Of a stretch of 64,000 nucleotides of DNA, positions 1 through 13,321 are shown piece by piece (the stretch's first letter is position 1; every line of letters begins with the position of its first letter). The notes beneath the pieces are model-generated. The model did no database searches and was not told the origin of the DNA. It saw only the letters and a list, made by a program, of their open reading frames with translations. A program made the translations under genes and the position numbers. This DNA is from Octopus bimaculoides (lineage: Eukaryota): positions 29,133,030-29,197,029 of the forward strand of contig NC_068989.1 of assembly GCF_001194135.2 (NCBI RefSeq), written 5' to 3'.

Positions 1-1644
1 CATTAATAACCTGATGAAATAAGATTTAATGCTATGTTCTTCCCCATAATTACAGCTGTGTCATTTTCCAAGTCCATTTTTACATCTTTCAACAGTTATT
101 AAAGTGTGTTCATCAAGGGACTCTATCCAAAGCTTTTTCCATGTCAAAAAAAAAAACCAAGTACAGAGGTTTATTTGGGGTAAATGCTTCTGCAGTTGCC
201 TCACCAGGGAGGTAACATTAGTAGTATTTCACCCTGGCACAAAACCAAACTCATCCAGGCTCCCTTCCTAATAAGTTGAGCAATGACCCTTTCATCACCT
301 GGTCCAGTAATTTGATACATCTGTAATTATTTCTGTCTAAGGCATCACCTTCACTTCTGTAGCAGTTGACTAAAATGCTGCCACACTAGTTGTTGGGTAT
401 GACTCCCTCATGGACAACCTGATAAACTATATGGGTGACTTAGCCGTATCCAATTCTGCTGGATATTTTAAGTATCTCAGCAATGATTCCTGATGGGCCA
501 AGAGCTTTCCTTGCAATCAAAACATCTCAATCTTGTGGTTCTCATGCCACAGAACATTGGCAAACTTCTTCCTTTCTACTATTCTCCTAACTTCCCTTCT
601 AGCTACCTGATAAAGTTCTCTGCTACCACCACTCTTCTAGTCCTTCCAGGCTGGTTCTTCACTCTAATGGCTCTGTCTACCACATTGTTCCACCACCATG
701 TCACCTTAGGTCTGGAAAGGTTTTTGCACCAGCCACAAATTTGGCCAGTATCCCTCATCAAGTTGTCCCACGGGAATCTCCAGTTGTCTTCTACATTATA
801 TGCTACTATATCCTTCTCTTCATCAAATGCTTCAAGTAGAACATCCTTAAATCTCTGACTATTCAGAAGATCCTTAAGCTTCCAAAGAAATCTTCTTTCC
901 TGTTTTTTGGTGAGAATGTAGTCAATCCGGGTAGCGTGGCCACCAGACTGATAGGTAAACAGGTGACTGGCTGGTTTTTTGATGTTAGTATTGCAAATCA
1001 TAAGGTCGTCTGCATCACAGAAATCCAGCAGCCTAGTTTCCTCCTCATTGTGGGAACCAACTTTACAGTCGCTATGCACTTCATGGAAGTCACTTGGATG
1101 CTGCCCAACATGCCCATTGAAGTCACCAGCCATGAAAAGAAGGTCACTGTCATTTGTTGATGAGGTAATCTGCAAAAGAGTGTCATAAAATCAATCTTTC
1201 TGTTCAGTCCCAGTTGAGGAGTGTAGGCAGAATAATAGTTGCTCTTCCCACTTTGCAAAACTAGTCTGAGCTTAAGTATTCTATACTCTGGCTACCTCAA
1301 TTACTTTATCAATCCACTTCTCAGCAAGAAGTATGCCCACACTATCAACCCTGTCAGTATTGGCCTAACCAGAAGATTTTATACCTATGTTCTTTGTCTG
1401 TGAGGAATGTGGCAGAAGCTCCCCTCCAGCTTATTTCTTGGATGCAACACACATCTACATGCCTTTGTTCTAGCATCTCAACAATCTCACCAGATCTACC
1501 TTTCAATGTGCCTACATTGAATGTGCCAGTTCTAAGGGTGAGGAATGGACGGCAAGAAGGAACACAAGCATGTATCTGAAAAGAAGGTTTGCATGGACGT
1601 TTGCCAGACATATCATATAAGCTGATATAGGTTTCAATTTGCAT
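1..1644 (-). mobile_element. RTE-clade non-LTR retrotransposon, 5' part (APE endonuclease into start of RT), decayed; runs off window start
   Basis: ORF 1354..1644 has LRTGTFNVGTLKGRSGEIVEMLEQRHVDVCCIQE (APE N-terminus). ORF 603..1175 has MAGDFNGHVG, TRIDYIL and KVTWWWNN. Stops and frameshifts are present. Confidence 0.9.
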
Positions 1645-2529
1645 TTAATTTACAATCACTTATTCGCTTCACACTTGCTGCATCTACCAGGAGAAGAGGG
1701 TGTGGTATAGACCATTGCTTATACAAAGATAAAATAGTGCTGATAATTAACCCACCGGCAAGTATACTTGCCATATTTCCAATGCAAGCAAGTTAGCTAT
1801 ACCTTTTTACATTGTAGTACTGTGGATGCTAGTAAGCTGATGCCAGCAGGAGGGGAGAGGTGAAACAGAACTTTTTATACAGGTTTTCAATATAAAGAAA
1901 GGGTCCAAGAGAAAGACTTCTGGTATAGGTGGTGAGAGCAGGATGGGAGAGCACACAGTGAATGACCAAGACACATGGCTACCCCATGCCAGAAATAGAG
2001 TAGCAAGGGAGGCTGGATAAAATATTCAACAAGCTAAAAATGAAATTGCTAAAAAATTAAATAGACAAGCAAACAGCTAACAAAATAGTATGGGATGACA
2101 GAGTATACATATTCATGACAGTATGGAAGAGAGCTAGCCTGGCACATTTTACTAGAAAAAATTCATTTAAATAAATAGCATTAAAACTGTGTGGTTTTAA
2201 ACACAGGCATGCAGTTAAAATGAAACAAGATGACACTATAATTAAAACAAGAATAAATTAAAATTTGGCCTATCTGAACATTTATCTATTCACCACAGAC
2301 ATTCAATGGCTAGGTAATCCACTGTGAGTGAAGTGAGGTAAATGAAACAATATTCATGGAAGATGACAGGAAATTAGGGTCTTTTATGGTGCAAGTATAG
2401 CCATAAACTATGAACAACCAAGATGCATGGTTACCTTGTGCCAGAAACAGTAATAAGGGAGACAAAATAAAATATTCAGCAAACTAAAAATGAAACTGCT
2501 CTGCATACTAAATCCATTGTTGTACTCAT

Positions 2530-2847
2530 TGTTAATCCTCAACTTATTGACATCATCTCTGTACCTGGCTCAATAAGTCACACCAGCAATTCATCTACTC
2601 CTAGATTCCACAATGACCACCAGATCAGTGAGTGAGAGAACCTGTCAAAGGCTTTTTCCAGGTAGATGAATACCAAGTGTAGTGGTTGACCTTTGGCTAA
2701 ATCTCCTGAAATTTCAGTACTAGGAAGAAAGTATCAGTAGTACTTCTTCCTGGCATGAAACCAAACTAGGCTCTAGCAATTTTATACCTCTGAAACTACT
2801 TCCCTTGACAGCATCTCCATTACCCTTGTATGACTATGATGTTGCAA
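2530..2847 (-). mobile_element. RTE LINE RT fragment, left part; continues at 4666-4870 beyond the MULE insertion
   Basis: Minus strand resembles the degenerate YKGKGDA...AFDRV...LIWW region of the other RTE copies in this window (e.g. 36500-36760). Confidence 0.7.
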
Positions 2848-4665
2848 GTAGCTGGTAATCTGACTCCCAGTAATTTCACTTTCAATATTTTGACTCCAGT
2901 AATTTCACTGCCAGTCAATTTCCCTCCCAATATTAGAAAAAAAATGTTGAATAGAGATAAAATAAAAAGTATATTAAAACAAAAATATTTCTAAAAGCTT
3001 CAGTAATAATGAAGGTTATGAGTGATTGCTCATAAAAAAAGCCATCTTATTTTCAGGATTATATTGCCTAATAAATTATCTGCAGTCATTTGTTTATATC
3101 TTTATACTTTTTTCTTGGTCTCACAGGTCTCACCTCAATCAAATTCAACCTTTTTCAGTTGTGCCAAGTGTTCTTCCCTTTTCAATGCAGTAATTAATAT
3201 CTATAGGTTTGGATCTGTGCAAGAACTTTGTAGTGCATTGTGATATCCCTCTAAATGATTATCAGTGTGAAGCATATCCAATTCTGTTCTAAAGCGGACA
3301 TTCCAACTATCAATAGCAAACAAAGAAGTTTTTTGTTGACTAATTCCTATGCATCCTATGTACGATAATTCAAAATAGGACACAACTTCTTGTGGAAGAT
3401 TGTCGTCATCTCCAAGATCTTCGAATTCATAAACCACATAATTGAGAGGAAGAAAAACATCTGATTTTAATGCTAAACTCATTATCATGATGGTATCTTT
3501 CCTTAAAGCCAAATTCACATGCTTTTCTGTATACATTTTGAGATAGATGAAAAAGACAACAAAAGATGGAAGCACTAGGAAAAACAGATAAAATGCTATT
3601 AATGCGAACTTTTTCAAAATCCATAACATTTTCAAGGCTTGGTCCTTGACGTAATTCATTTAGCTTATTAAAAAGGCAGGTGTAAGTTTCTTGATTTTTG
3701 TTTGGAAGTAATGCAAACAATCATGGAACACACTAAATAAACCCACTTGAATATGAAGTGTGTACAACTGATAAAATATAGTCGGGGAGCACTTAAAAGT
3801 TCCACCACCAGCCCAGTGTTTTACATTCACTAAGTCATCAAGCCCTTTATCAGTTGCAAATGCAAGTAATCTGTCTACACCAGTTTCACCACTATCAAAC
3901 TGCAAGTAAAGTTTGCCACTATCAAGGAACTTGTATTCATTAGGTATCTCATAATTAAATCGACTGAGGGATTGGAGTGGCACTTACTTTTGCTTGATGC
4001 CAGTTCCTTATATTGCGACTTACAGACAAAGAGGAGGGCATGTGAGCCATTTCATTTTCATCAAACTTTTCACAAGCAGTCACAATTAATGAAAGAGAAG
4101 ATTCCTAGGAAGCAGCTGCTTGTGCCTTTAGGTTTGCCAAAATCTTGTGAACTTTGAGTTTTGGAGCACACAAAGAATGACAATGTTCACCAATCTTCAT
4201 CGTGTGTCATAATGTGACCTCGCACTTTAAAGGACTTCATTTTGCATTTCCAATAAGTCATCATTTTGTTTCTGTGTTTCATATATGTAATTCATGTCAC
4301 CCACGAACTTCCCTCTGCAGATACTGTTAAAAATGTGAGGCATGGTATACGCATATTTCTTTTTTAAGTAATGAATGAGGTAGGGATGGATCACAGGTAA
4401 ACCTGTAAACTCTTTAAATAAAACACCCAAATGTGAAATGATACTGTCAGTTAGCTAAATTAAACAACTGAATGGAGAACTGAAATGATGCTTTCACTTA
4501 GCTGAATTATTCTGTAAATCAACAACAACAATAATAAGAGTTAATGAATTTCAACATTTTTTTCTAATTCTAATTTAGGAGTGAAATTACCGGGGGAGGG
4601 GGATGTGGAGTTGACTGGCAGTCAAATTACTGGGGTCAAATTAACGGAGTCAAATTACCCAGAAC
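2848..4665 (-). mobile_element. Mutator-like (MULE) DNA transposon with decayed transposase, ~100-bp TIRs and 11-bp TSD
   Basis: ORF pieces FDSG..DRLLAFATD..W.GGTFKCSPTIFYQLYTLH, FALLPNK..MDFE..CLFHLSQ and WN..TDNHLEGYHN match the MULE DDE domain. Termini gtagctggtaat.. and ..attacccagaac are inverted. Flanks tgatgttgcaa (2837-2847) and tgatgctgcaa (4666-4676) form the TSD. Confidence 0.9.
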
Positions 4666-4870
4666 TGATGCTGCAATACAAGTTGTTGGGTATCATGCCT
4701 GCCTTACAACTTGATTGACTTATGTGTGACCAGGCCATGTCACACACCACCAGATATTTTAAGCGTTTCAACATTAATACCTCATGAATCAGAGGCTTTC
4801 CCTGTATTCATATCCTTCATTGTTTTGTCTATCCCACTACCATCAGTAAGAATGGCTGGACCCTCCACTA
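4666..4870 (-). mobile_element. RTE LINE fragment, right part of the copy split by the MULE
   Basis: Minus strand encodes degenerate VEGPAI..DKTMKDMNTGKA..GLVTH..IPN, matching ORF 36286..36696 of another RTE copy. Confidence 0.7.
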
Positions 4871-6007
4871 CCTAACAATCCTCTGTGCAACCTCCAAAAA
4901 AGCAGTCACTGTCCTACACTGCATCCACAATTTGTATCCTCTTAGAAGCAGTGCATGCACCATCCACACATTTCCATGGTGGTGGCACTGTATCTTGTGA
5001 CCTGGCTCTGTCTTTGGTGGCTGTTCTTTCTTGTCTTCAGGTGAGTGGAATGAGCATTGCTCACATGGGATTTGAGATGAGTAAATCTGCAGCCTGTCCC
5101 AATGTCACCATGTCAGTAGGTACCCTTTCCATAGAACTTACAGCCTGGTTTGGCTTCCTTTTTACCAGAAGCATTGCCTTCACAAGTTCTATTTCATTTT
5201 CCTTTTGTTTCTTTACCCACCTTGGGCCTATCATCTATTCTTACATCAACGTCCTTGCTGGTGTCTTTGTCTTCATTCATTTTTCCTGGTGGATCTTTAC
5301 TTTGCTGCTGTTGTTCTCCTCTACACATCTTCATCTTTGTTTCTTTGGTTTCTCCTGGTGAACCTTGGCTTTCTTTTCCTCAGACTTACAGTTGTTCAGG
5401 GTGATGGTATCTGCTTTATTTTGTTCCTTCCTTACAGCATCACTTTGATTCTTCTTAGATTCTATGGAGTCAGTAGTTTCATTTTCACTCTTTTGTGTTT
5501 TTGCCTCCTCTCTAAATATTTTATCTAGTAACTCCATGTGCAGTTGGATTAAGGCATATGAGTGAATGAACTCATTCTTTTTTTCTCTCAATTCGAGCTA
5601 TGGTTCAGTAAAAGCCAAAGCTCTTCAGGGCCTCTGCAATGAAAGTGCTTGGCGGCAATCCTTCCACAAGGTTCCATGTGAGGAGCATCATCTTACTTTC
5701 TTCAATTTGTCAGTTTCTCTGAATTTTGAATCTTATGCTGTCTTTCATGTAGTTTGCTTTGTTGAGGTCCATGTTGCTGAGATAGGGAGAAAAAACGTTT
5801 GGAAAAAGGGTGGGGGAGGGGAGAGACAGACAGACAGACAGATATGTAAAGGTAATGAAGAAAAGCAGAGCAAAAGACAGAGAGAGAAAGAGAGAGACAG
5901 AGAGGTGTAGAAGAAGCAGTGAAGAAAGCAGAGAGAAAAGAGAGATGTAAAGGTAGAGAGGGAAGGCAGAGAGAAAAAAGAGATGTAAAGGTAGTGAAGA
6001 AGAGCAA

Positions 6008-6162
6008 GGCTTCTTTCAGTTTCTGTCTGCTAAATTCACTCACAAAGCTTTAGTTGGTGTGGGGTTATAGTAGAAGACATTTGCCCAAGGTACCATGTAG
6101 GACTGAACCTAGAACCATGTGGTTGGGAAGCAAACTTCTTACCACACAACTATGCCTGTGCC
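6008..6162 (-). mobile_element. tRNA-derived SINE with CORE-like central domain
   Basis: Reverse complement matches 32250-32420 (tRNA-like head, accttgggcaa.tgtcttctactata, gaaactgaaagaagcc). Confidence 0.75.
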
Positions 6163-6398
6163 TTTATTATATTTACAGTCCTTTTTCATCAAAAACAAGA
6201 AAAGCACAATTATAGTTTTTAAATTTTGATGCCAAGTCATCATATGGAATTTACAATTTTGTCTGAAATTCGATCAGATCATAAACTGGTGTTATTGACC
6301 TTAATTGTGTAAACTTGCATTAATTATTTTTGCAATATTTGTTAAAAAGTTAATTTACATCCCAAAACATAAAGAACTAAATAATGAAATTTACTTAC

Positions 6399-6554
6399 CT
6401 ACAGCTTTCCGAACAATGTTTTCACTTTTTTTTTTTTTTTTCCATTTCCAAGGCTTAAATATTTTTCCTAAGGCTGCAAATTTACTTTTCCGTTCTGGAG
6501 GCGGTGTTTTTGGTCCTAATGAACTGGATTTCATTTCTCCATTTTTTCTCTTAT
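6399..6554 (-). CDS. PHACTR: Internal coding exon of phosphatase and actin regulator (PHACTR family), N-terminal basic/NLS-like region preceding RPEL1
   Basis: Acceptor ttttattttgttctag| and donor |gtaagt; 156 nt, phase 1-1, open frame (D)[68 protein letters not shown](R/K)KKK is the recognisable PHACTR N-terminal signature. The paralog number cannot be assigned. Confidence 0.92.
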
Positions 6555-7132
6555 CTAGAACAAAATAAAATTAAAATTTTAAACTCATTAAATAAGACAG
6601 TCATTTAAATTAACAGAACAATTAAAGTCACACAAATAGCCAACTTAAGAAAATAATTAAGCACTTAATAGTAATATGATGAACTTCCTAATTAAATGTT
6701 TCTTGAAAGAAGTTTAATTATAAGCTAACTCACATGGTTAAATTTTACATTCCATGAATTATAGCCTGAAACATTAACCAAATTAAGCATTTATCATAAT
6801 CTTGGCTTTGAAAATTTGAAATAACTAGTGAAATTACTGCAAATACAGCAATCCAGGAACCTTCATCTAAGAACCTTGTTTACAGCTAAAGCTGAATAGA
6901 CTAGGACACTGTGAAATGATGTACCTTGCACAAGGACACAATGCACCACTCTGTTCAGGAATTAAACTGACAACCTTATGATGATGGTATGTCGACTAAT
7001 ATTCACAACCATATTATCAAGAAGAGGTGTAGCCTAGTAATTGCAACAACTAGGCCACATACCTTCACAATGTTTATGCTGAGGATACAATAAATATATC
7101 ATCATCAGTGTATCATTAATATGAATATTAAA

Positions 7133-7350
7133 GGGCAGCGAGCTAGCAGAATCTTTAGCACACCAGGCAAAATGCTTAACAGTATTTCGTCTGCTGTTAC
7201 ACTCTGAGTTCAAATTCCGCCAAGGTCAACTTTATCTTTCATCCTTTCGGGGTCGATAAATTAAGTACCAGTTGCGTACTGGGGTCGATCTAATTGACAG
7301 CCCCCCCCACACTCCCCAAAATTTTTGGGCCTTGTGCCTAAAGTAGAAAA
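7133..7350 (+). mobile_element. tRNA-derived SINE with Meta-like domain
   Basis: ggcagcgagctagcagaa..gagttcaaattcc..tttcatcctttcggggtcgataaattaagtaccag; recurs at 13740, 18255 and 44575. Confidence 0.75.
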
Positions 7351-7677
7351 GAATACGAATATTAACTTCATTGTCATAGAATAGAGCAAACTAAACTTTT
7401 CGTGAGCTAAACCTGTATATAACACTTATCATTCCTGGTATTAGATATTACACAGTGACTGCTTCAGAAAGGCATGAATGTTATTTAATTGCATTATTTC
7501 TGTTTATAAATTTAGTATATCTATATAAAAATTCATCATCCCCATGCTTAACAAACAAAACAGTAACCAAAACCTACAGTTAAAGTATGTCATAATATGA
7601 AATGGTCATGTGAAATAAATATTCATGCACACACGTCACAAGTGTGCATATATACACATACATATATAAGTGTGTGA

Positions 7678-7815
7678 AGGTACATGGCCTAGTGTTGGAC
7701 TCATGATTTTAAGGTTGTGGGTTCAATTCCTGGAACCAAGCAGCATATTGGATTTTTCAGCAAGAAACTTCATTTCATACTGCTCCAGTCTCCTCAGCTG
7801 AAAATGAGTATCAGC
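7678..7815 (+). mobile_element. Degenerate tRNA-derived SINE of another family
   Basis: A-box-like tggcctagtg and B-box-like gggttcaattcc, followed by ctccagtctcctcagctgaaaatgagta. Confidence 0.45.
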
Positions 7816-8544
7816 TTAGTACTGGTGATGCCTTCTCTCTTTTTAATGGCCACACTCTCAATGTACTGCTAGGTCAAGGGGTCAATGCCAGATCATGAGT
7901 ATATGGACATCTAAAACAATTAGTGAAAGCATAACAAGTTTACCAGGTCATACTTTATTTTTTTACACACATGTAATATAAAAAAATATATATATTGCTG
8001 GTAAGGACACCATATTTTGTTTACAGCAACAATATACTACCAAGTATAATAATACTTTGTAAGTCAACTATGTCTTGCTTTCTGTGTTAGCAGTGTGATT
8101 TAATCACTTTTTGAAGTTATCTCTACAGATTTTCTATAGAATTTAGAGCCAGTGCTAAAAGTTATGATGTTTCATATATGAATATATCTATATAAACAAT
8201 GCCATCAAAGATAGAAAAATAGGTAATGGGTGCATATGAATAAGTCTTATTATTGGCTATTGAATAGGTCATCATCAACGTTTATGCATGCTTAAAATTT
8301 TCCCTGAGGATGGTGAACTTATGCTATGTTGTAGTTTATGAATGCATCAATAAAATTCTACTGAAACAGCTGTAGTAAATTTTAAACACCACTTGTTATT
8401 CTTTATATACATATATGTGGTGTGTGTATACACATGCATGTGTGTATTCGTGTGTGTATTTATGCATGTATGTGTGTGTGTGTATACACACACATGTATA
8501 TTTATGAATATATATGTATACACACACACACACACACACACACA

Positions 8545-9555
8545 CATGAGGCTGATCAAGATATTCTCATGGAATGTGACCAAATAAGGTTTATTTTCCA
8601 ACCTAGTCCCCCTTGCAGTCCACACACTTTTTCCATCAGTGTTGCAGTGCTTGGATCCCCATTGGTGAAGAAGCTTTCATCCTGTTGGCTACAAAAGGCA
8701 TCAACAGCAGCTACATCATCACCATTGTGATACTTGTTCCGAGCCAGGTGTTTTTTCATGTTGGGGAACAGATGATAGTCAGAAAACAAAGAACAGAGAA
8801 TAGGGAGGGTGATCAACCAGTTCAAAGTCACAGTCACACACAACAGTTATTGAAACCAGGACTTGATGAAACAAAACTCTTTGGATTATCTTTTTGTCTC
8901 TGACTGAAAGTGATGAGCCCAACACTCATCATGGGTTAGGAACTGCTCAAGGAAGCCAGCTGGATCGGTCTCAAACATGATGTGGTCAGCCTAGTGTGCT
9001 TTTGATCAGGCATCCAAAAGAGATGGCACCCACCCCAGTAGAAACCTTCATCATGCCAAGTTCATTGTGTAGAATATTCTCAACAATCTCACAGGATATG
9101 CTAATAACATTGGCTATATGATTTATAATCAGTTGCCTCTCATCCATCATCATGTGGTGAACACGATCAATGTTTTCCTCAGTGGTGGCAGTTGTAGGAC
9201 GTCCAGATGTTGAGTCATCTTCAGGACTCTCCCTTCCCCTCCTAAATTCAACTGTCCACTTTTGCACTGTTGATAAAACTGGAGCACCACCTCCTAATGT
9301 AGAAACCACATCAGCATGAATGTCGCTGGGGGCTAAAGCTATTTTCTGCAGGTACTTCATAATACCAGGATGCCAAATTTTGTCAATTTGCAAGAGAAGT
9401 TGCTACTAGCTACTTTTGAAATAACTAGTAGCAATGAGTTTACCTGGAAAAAACAATGCAGTTCTTATTGAGAACAGTTGAAATTAATGTAGGCAAGATT
9501 TTACAGCTCTAGCATCACTCGTTCAGAGTCAGCCTATGAACTTTTCAGCGCACAC
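8545..9555 (-). mobile_element. Mariner transposon relic
   Basis: ORF 8986..9393 has STVQKWTVEFRRGRESPEDDSTSGRPTTATTEENIDRVH (mariner HTH region). ORF 8556..8843 has SDYHLFPNMKKHLA (C-terminal YSPDLAPSDY region). Confidence 0.85.
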
Positions 9556-9589
9556 GCACATGCATGTATGAATGTGTGTTTATATTTAT

Positions 9590-9751
9590 AGGCACAAATG
9601 TGACTGAATGGCTAAGAAGCTTGATTCCCAACCATATAGTCATGGGATCGGTTTAATTGCACACCACCTTGGGCAAGTGTCTTCTACTATTAGCCTTGAC
9701 TGACCAAAGCTCTGGGAGTGGATTTAGTAAATGGAAACTGAAAGAGAACCA

Positions 9752-9800
<49 letters not shown>
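9590..9800 (+). mobile_element. CORE-like SINE with (TG)n tail
   Basis: caccttgggcaagtgtcttctactat..ggaaactgaaagagaacc followed by (TG)n. Confidence 0.7.
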
Positions 9801-10101
9801 CGTATCCTTATATTTTCATCATGGGATGCTTATAAATAAGCACTGCCATCGTACAAGTGATGTTTGTGAAACATGAACAACAGGTCTGGCCATGGGAAGT
9901 GTTACCTTGCTTGGAAGCAAGTGAAGGTTGGCAACAGGAAGGACATCTGCCTCAACAAATTCTGTTTGAATTGTACAAACATGGGAAAGTGGGCATTAAA
10001 TGAAGATGATGTATTCTGTTAGATGTTCCTGACCATGCCAAGACACTACCATTTATTTAAGTTCTATAAACTTGCATATTAGGTCTGTCTATGTAGTTAA
10101 G

Positions 10102-10144
<43 letters not shown>

Positions 10145-10914
10145 CGTGCATGCATGTGGGTAAATTTGTATTTCCTTTAAATTCAATGGTTGTAAACAAT
10201 AGCTTCGTTGACAGTGTTGCTTGCTTCAAGTCAACCATGAAAGCATGTCAGTTTCTTGATGTGTTTTGAAATACTGCACAATCTTTGTAAACAAAATACT
10301 TATTCATACGGTGCTATTTGTTTCCAGACAAAACATGTCTGGGCTGTTTTTGTTCTGTAGGCTGGGAAATTATTACTTTTCTTGTAAACAAGTGGTGATT
10401 GATGTCAGGAAGGGTATTTGGTCATAGAAAACTGCCCAAAATAGACTCTCATTTGGTCAATGCAAGCAAGCAGGGCCATTTATAAAGGAGTATTCTTAAT
10501 GTTACTCTTTTACTCTTCACAGTAATTCAATCAGGTTAGGTCACCCACTTCAGGGGTTTTTGTTATTTACATCAACTTCAGTATTTTATCTGGTACTCAT
10601 TTAATCATCCTATTAAATAAGGGTAAAAGTAAATGAGGTAAAAAAAAAATACAGGGATTGTTGGTCAATGCACTAAATTCATCCTCCATCCATATTGATG
10701 CATATGTGAGTACATCTGTGTGTAGTTGAGTATAGTCATACCCACCACTTTCACCAGGCTTCCCTACAGTTGTCATCTCTCAAATTTCACAAACAAGGTT
10801 TTGAACCCTGAATCACAATTGTGAAATAAATTTCTCAGCCACATAGACAATACCTAACCTACAGGTTTGTACAACTATTGTCTATATACAAACATTACAT
10901 ACATATACACGTTC

Positions 10915-11070
10915 AACAGACTTCTTTCAGTTTCTGTCGACCAAATCCACTCCTGAGACTTTTGTTGGCTCAGGGCTATAGTTGAAGACAATTGCTCAAG
11001 GTGCTACAGAGTGAGATTGAGCCTGAAGCTACATGGTTGAGAAGCAATTTTCTTAACCACACAACCATGT
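10915..11070 (-). mobile_element. CORE-like SINE
   Basis: Reverse complement matches the same family as 6008-6162 and 32250-32420. Confidence 0.7.
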
Positions 11071-11614
11071 ATATTATTCAATAACAATTGTGACTATTTA
11101 TTTGCATGAAAATAGAAAGATAAAATTTGAACTCTGAATTATAAAAATAGGGTTGAGAAGAGATAAAAGGTTCAACCAAGAGTAAAAGATAGTAATGGCT
11201 TACTTTTTAAAACAATTTACTACCTTTATTACAATGAACAAGAATAATTTAATATTTTATCCAACACAACTAGAGTACCCCCTCACATTTTTCTATGAAT
11301 AAAACATTCAAATTCTCAGTATAACTATTTTGGTGTTAGTAAAATGCATGATGTCAACAAAAATAATTGATTTTCACAAATCTCTCTGGCATACACTGGC
11401 TTTCGCAACTATCTCTCAATATCTAACATTTGTGCATTTACTTTTATACCATACCATTATATCAGATAAAGAAGGATTATGGAAAATAAAATAGGTTAGT
11501 TTGAAAGGGTAAATAGTGGCATGATACGGCACTTAGATAACCAGATAACAACTTGAATTAAGAATGACTTGGATTATGAGGTGGTATCAAATGATTGTGA
11601 TCAACTGCTTGGTT

Positions 11615-12440
11615 TATGAGGTGGTATCAAAAGGTTCTCGAACTAGTTATGTTTAATAAAAAATAACTTGTGTAAGTTTTAACACCATCTTCTTCAAAAT
11701 TGTCACATTGCACAGCAATACACCGATCCCAAGTGTTCCTGCTGCTTTTGCAATCTGGCCTAGAAGTCGTTTTCTGTAAGCAAATTGAGGACCTTCTGCA
11801 ATTTGCTTTTGATCTTGACAACAGTGTTAAAATGGCAACCTCTCAGTTGCATTTTCATCTTCAGGAAAAGATGGAAGTCCGCAGGTATTAAATCTGACAA
11901 ATAGGGCAGAGGGGATACAATATTGTGTTTGGCAAGAAACTTTCAAGTGAGGAGAGCTTGGTGACATGGTTCATTGTTATCATGAAGAATCCAATTCTTC
12001 ACATTCCACAGATTTGGTCGCTTTCATTGAATGTCCCCCACTCAAATGCCTCAAAATGTCGATAATTATCCTCCAATGATCCTCATGTACAAGATGATGA
12101 ATTTTCTCCACATTTCTGGAGGTGACACATGTGGCAGGTCTTCCAGATCACTCATTGTCTTCCAGGAACATTATTCCACTTTTGAAGTGGCCATGCCACT
12201 TGAAACATTGTGTATAACCCATTGTCTCATCACCATAAGCTCAATGTCTCTAGAGCAGACTTCTCAAGTTTAATGCAAAATTACATGTGATCACAAAAAC
12301 ACAAATTTCACGATAGTGATGTCATTCAGCACACTGCCTCATGAAGGTTACAGTAAGCTCTCATTGCGGATGCAAAAATGTGCTGCCATCTGTTGGCATG
12401 CTAAAGAACTAGTCTGGGAACTTCTTGATACCACCTCATA
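11615..12440 (-). mobile_element. Internally deleted mariner element with both TIRs
   Basis: TIRs tatgaggtggtatcaaaaggttctcgaactagt (11615) and actagtctgggaacttcttgataccacctcata (ending 12440). Minus-strand ORF 11627..11821 ends WDRCIAVQCDNFEE, a mariner C-terminus. Confidence 0.8.
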
Positions 12441-12954
12441 TTGTAACAATGAGCTAACTGCATAGAAACTACCTGAAGTAGCCTGTTTTGTAAAAGACCA
12501 CCCTTGCTTCAGTAACTGGGATGGGGGTCTCAACAGTCTCATTTAACTTGCAAGAAATAGCAGCTATATTTCTCCCAAACCCACATACATTGTCCATTAT
12601 GTAAGGACAAACTAGACAATTTACTCCCAGATGAGGTGTCCAAAACAGATAAGACTATAACAATTAGAATGTCTTTGATCATAGGTCTGTCAATCAGGGC
12701 CCACCTGGTGCTCTGTGTGGTCTGTACCATGATATGATCCAAGAAACACCCTAAATATTTCCAACAATCATATGTCAAAGTATCCATTTCTAAATGTTTG
12801 CTTCTTACCTCAACCAAATACCACCTCAAGTCATCAGAACTTATTCAGACTATATATGGCTGTCCTTATTGATACATGTGTCCTTATTGATATACAGTAT
12901 GATCGCAGTTTTGAAGCTGAAGCATTTTTAAATAGTTTATACATACATACATAT

Positions 12955-13290
12955 ATCGTGGCCGTTGCCAGTGCCACCTGGCTGGCCTTCGTGGGATTTT
13001 CGAGCGAGATTGTTGCCAGTGCCCCTGGACTGGCTCTTGTGCGGGTGGCACATAAAATGCACCATTTTGAGCGTGTCCGTTGCCAGTACCGCCTGACTGG
13101 CCTTCGTGCGGGTGGCACGTAAAAGCACCCACTACACTCTAAGTGGTTGGCATTAGGAAGGGCATCCATCTGTAGAAACTCTGCCAAATCAGATTGGAGC
13201 CTGGTGTAGCCATCTGGTTTCACCAGTCCTCGGTCAAATCGTCCAACCCATGCTAGCATGGAAAGCGGACGTTAAACGATGATGATGATA
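12955..13290 (+). mobile_element. 5'-truncated RTE 3' UTR with (GAT)n tail
   Basis: Matches 55440-55745, which directly follows an RTE ORF. Confidence 0.85.
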
Positions 13291-13321
13291 TATCATTCAA
13301 CCACTACCGTGGCTAAATATA

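Noticed and set aside
4870-5600. Charged minus-strand readings (ORF 5331..5591) as a possible downstream PHACTR exon
   Set aside because: Multiple stops and frameshifts, no RPEL-like LERKIS motif and no clean splice sites; probably a decayed repeat.
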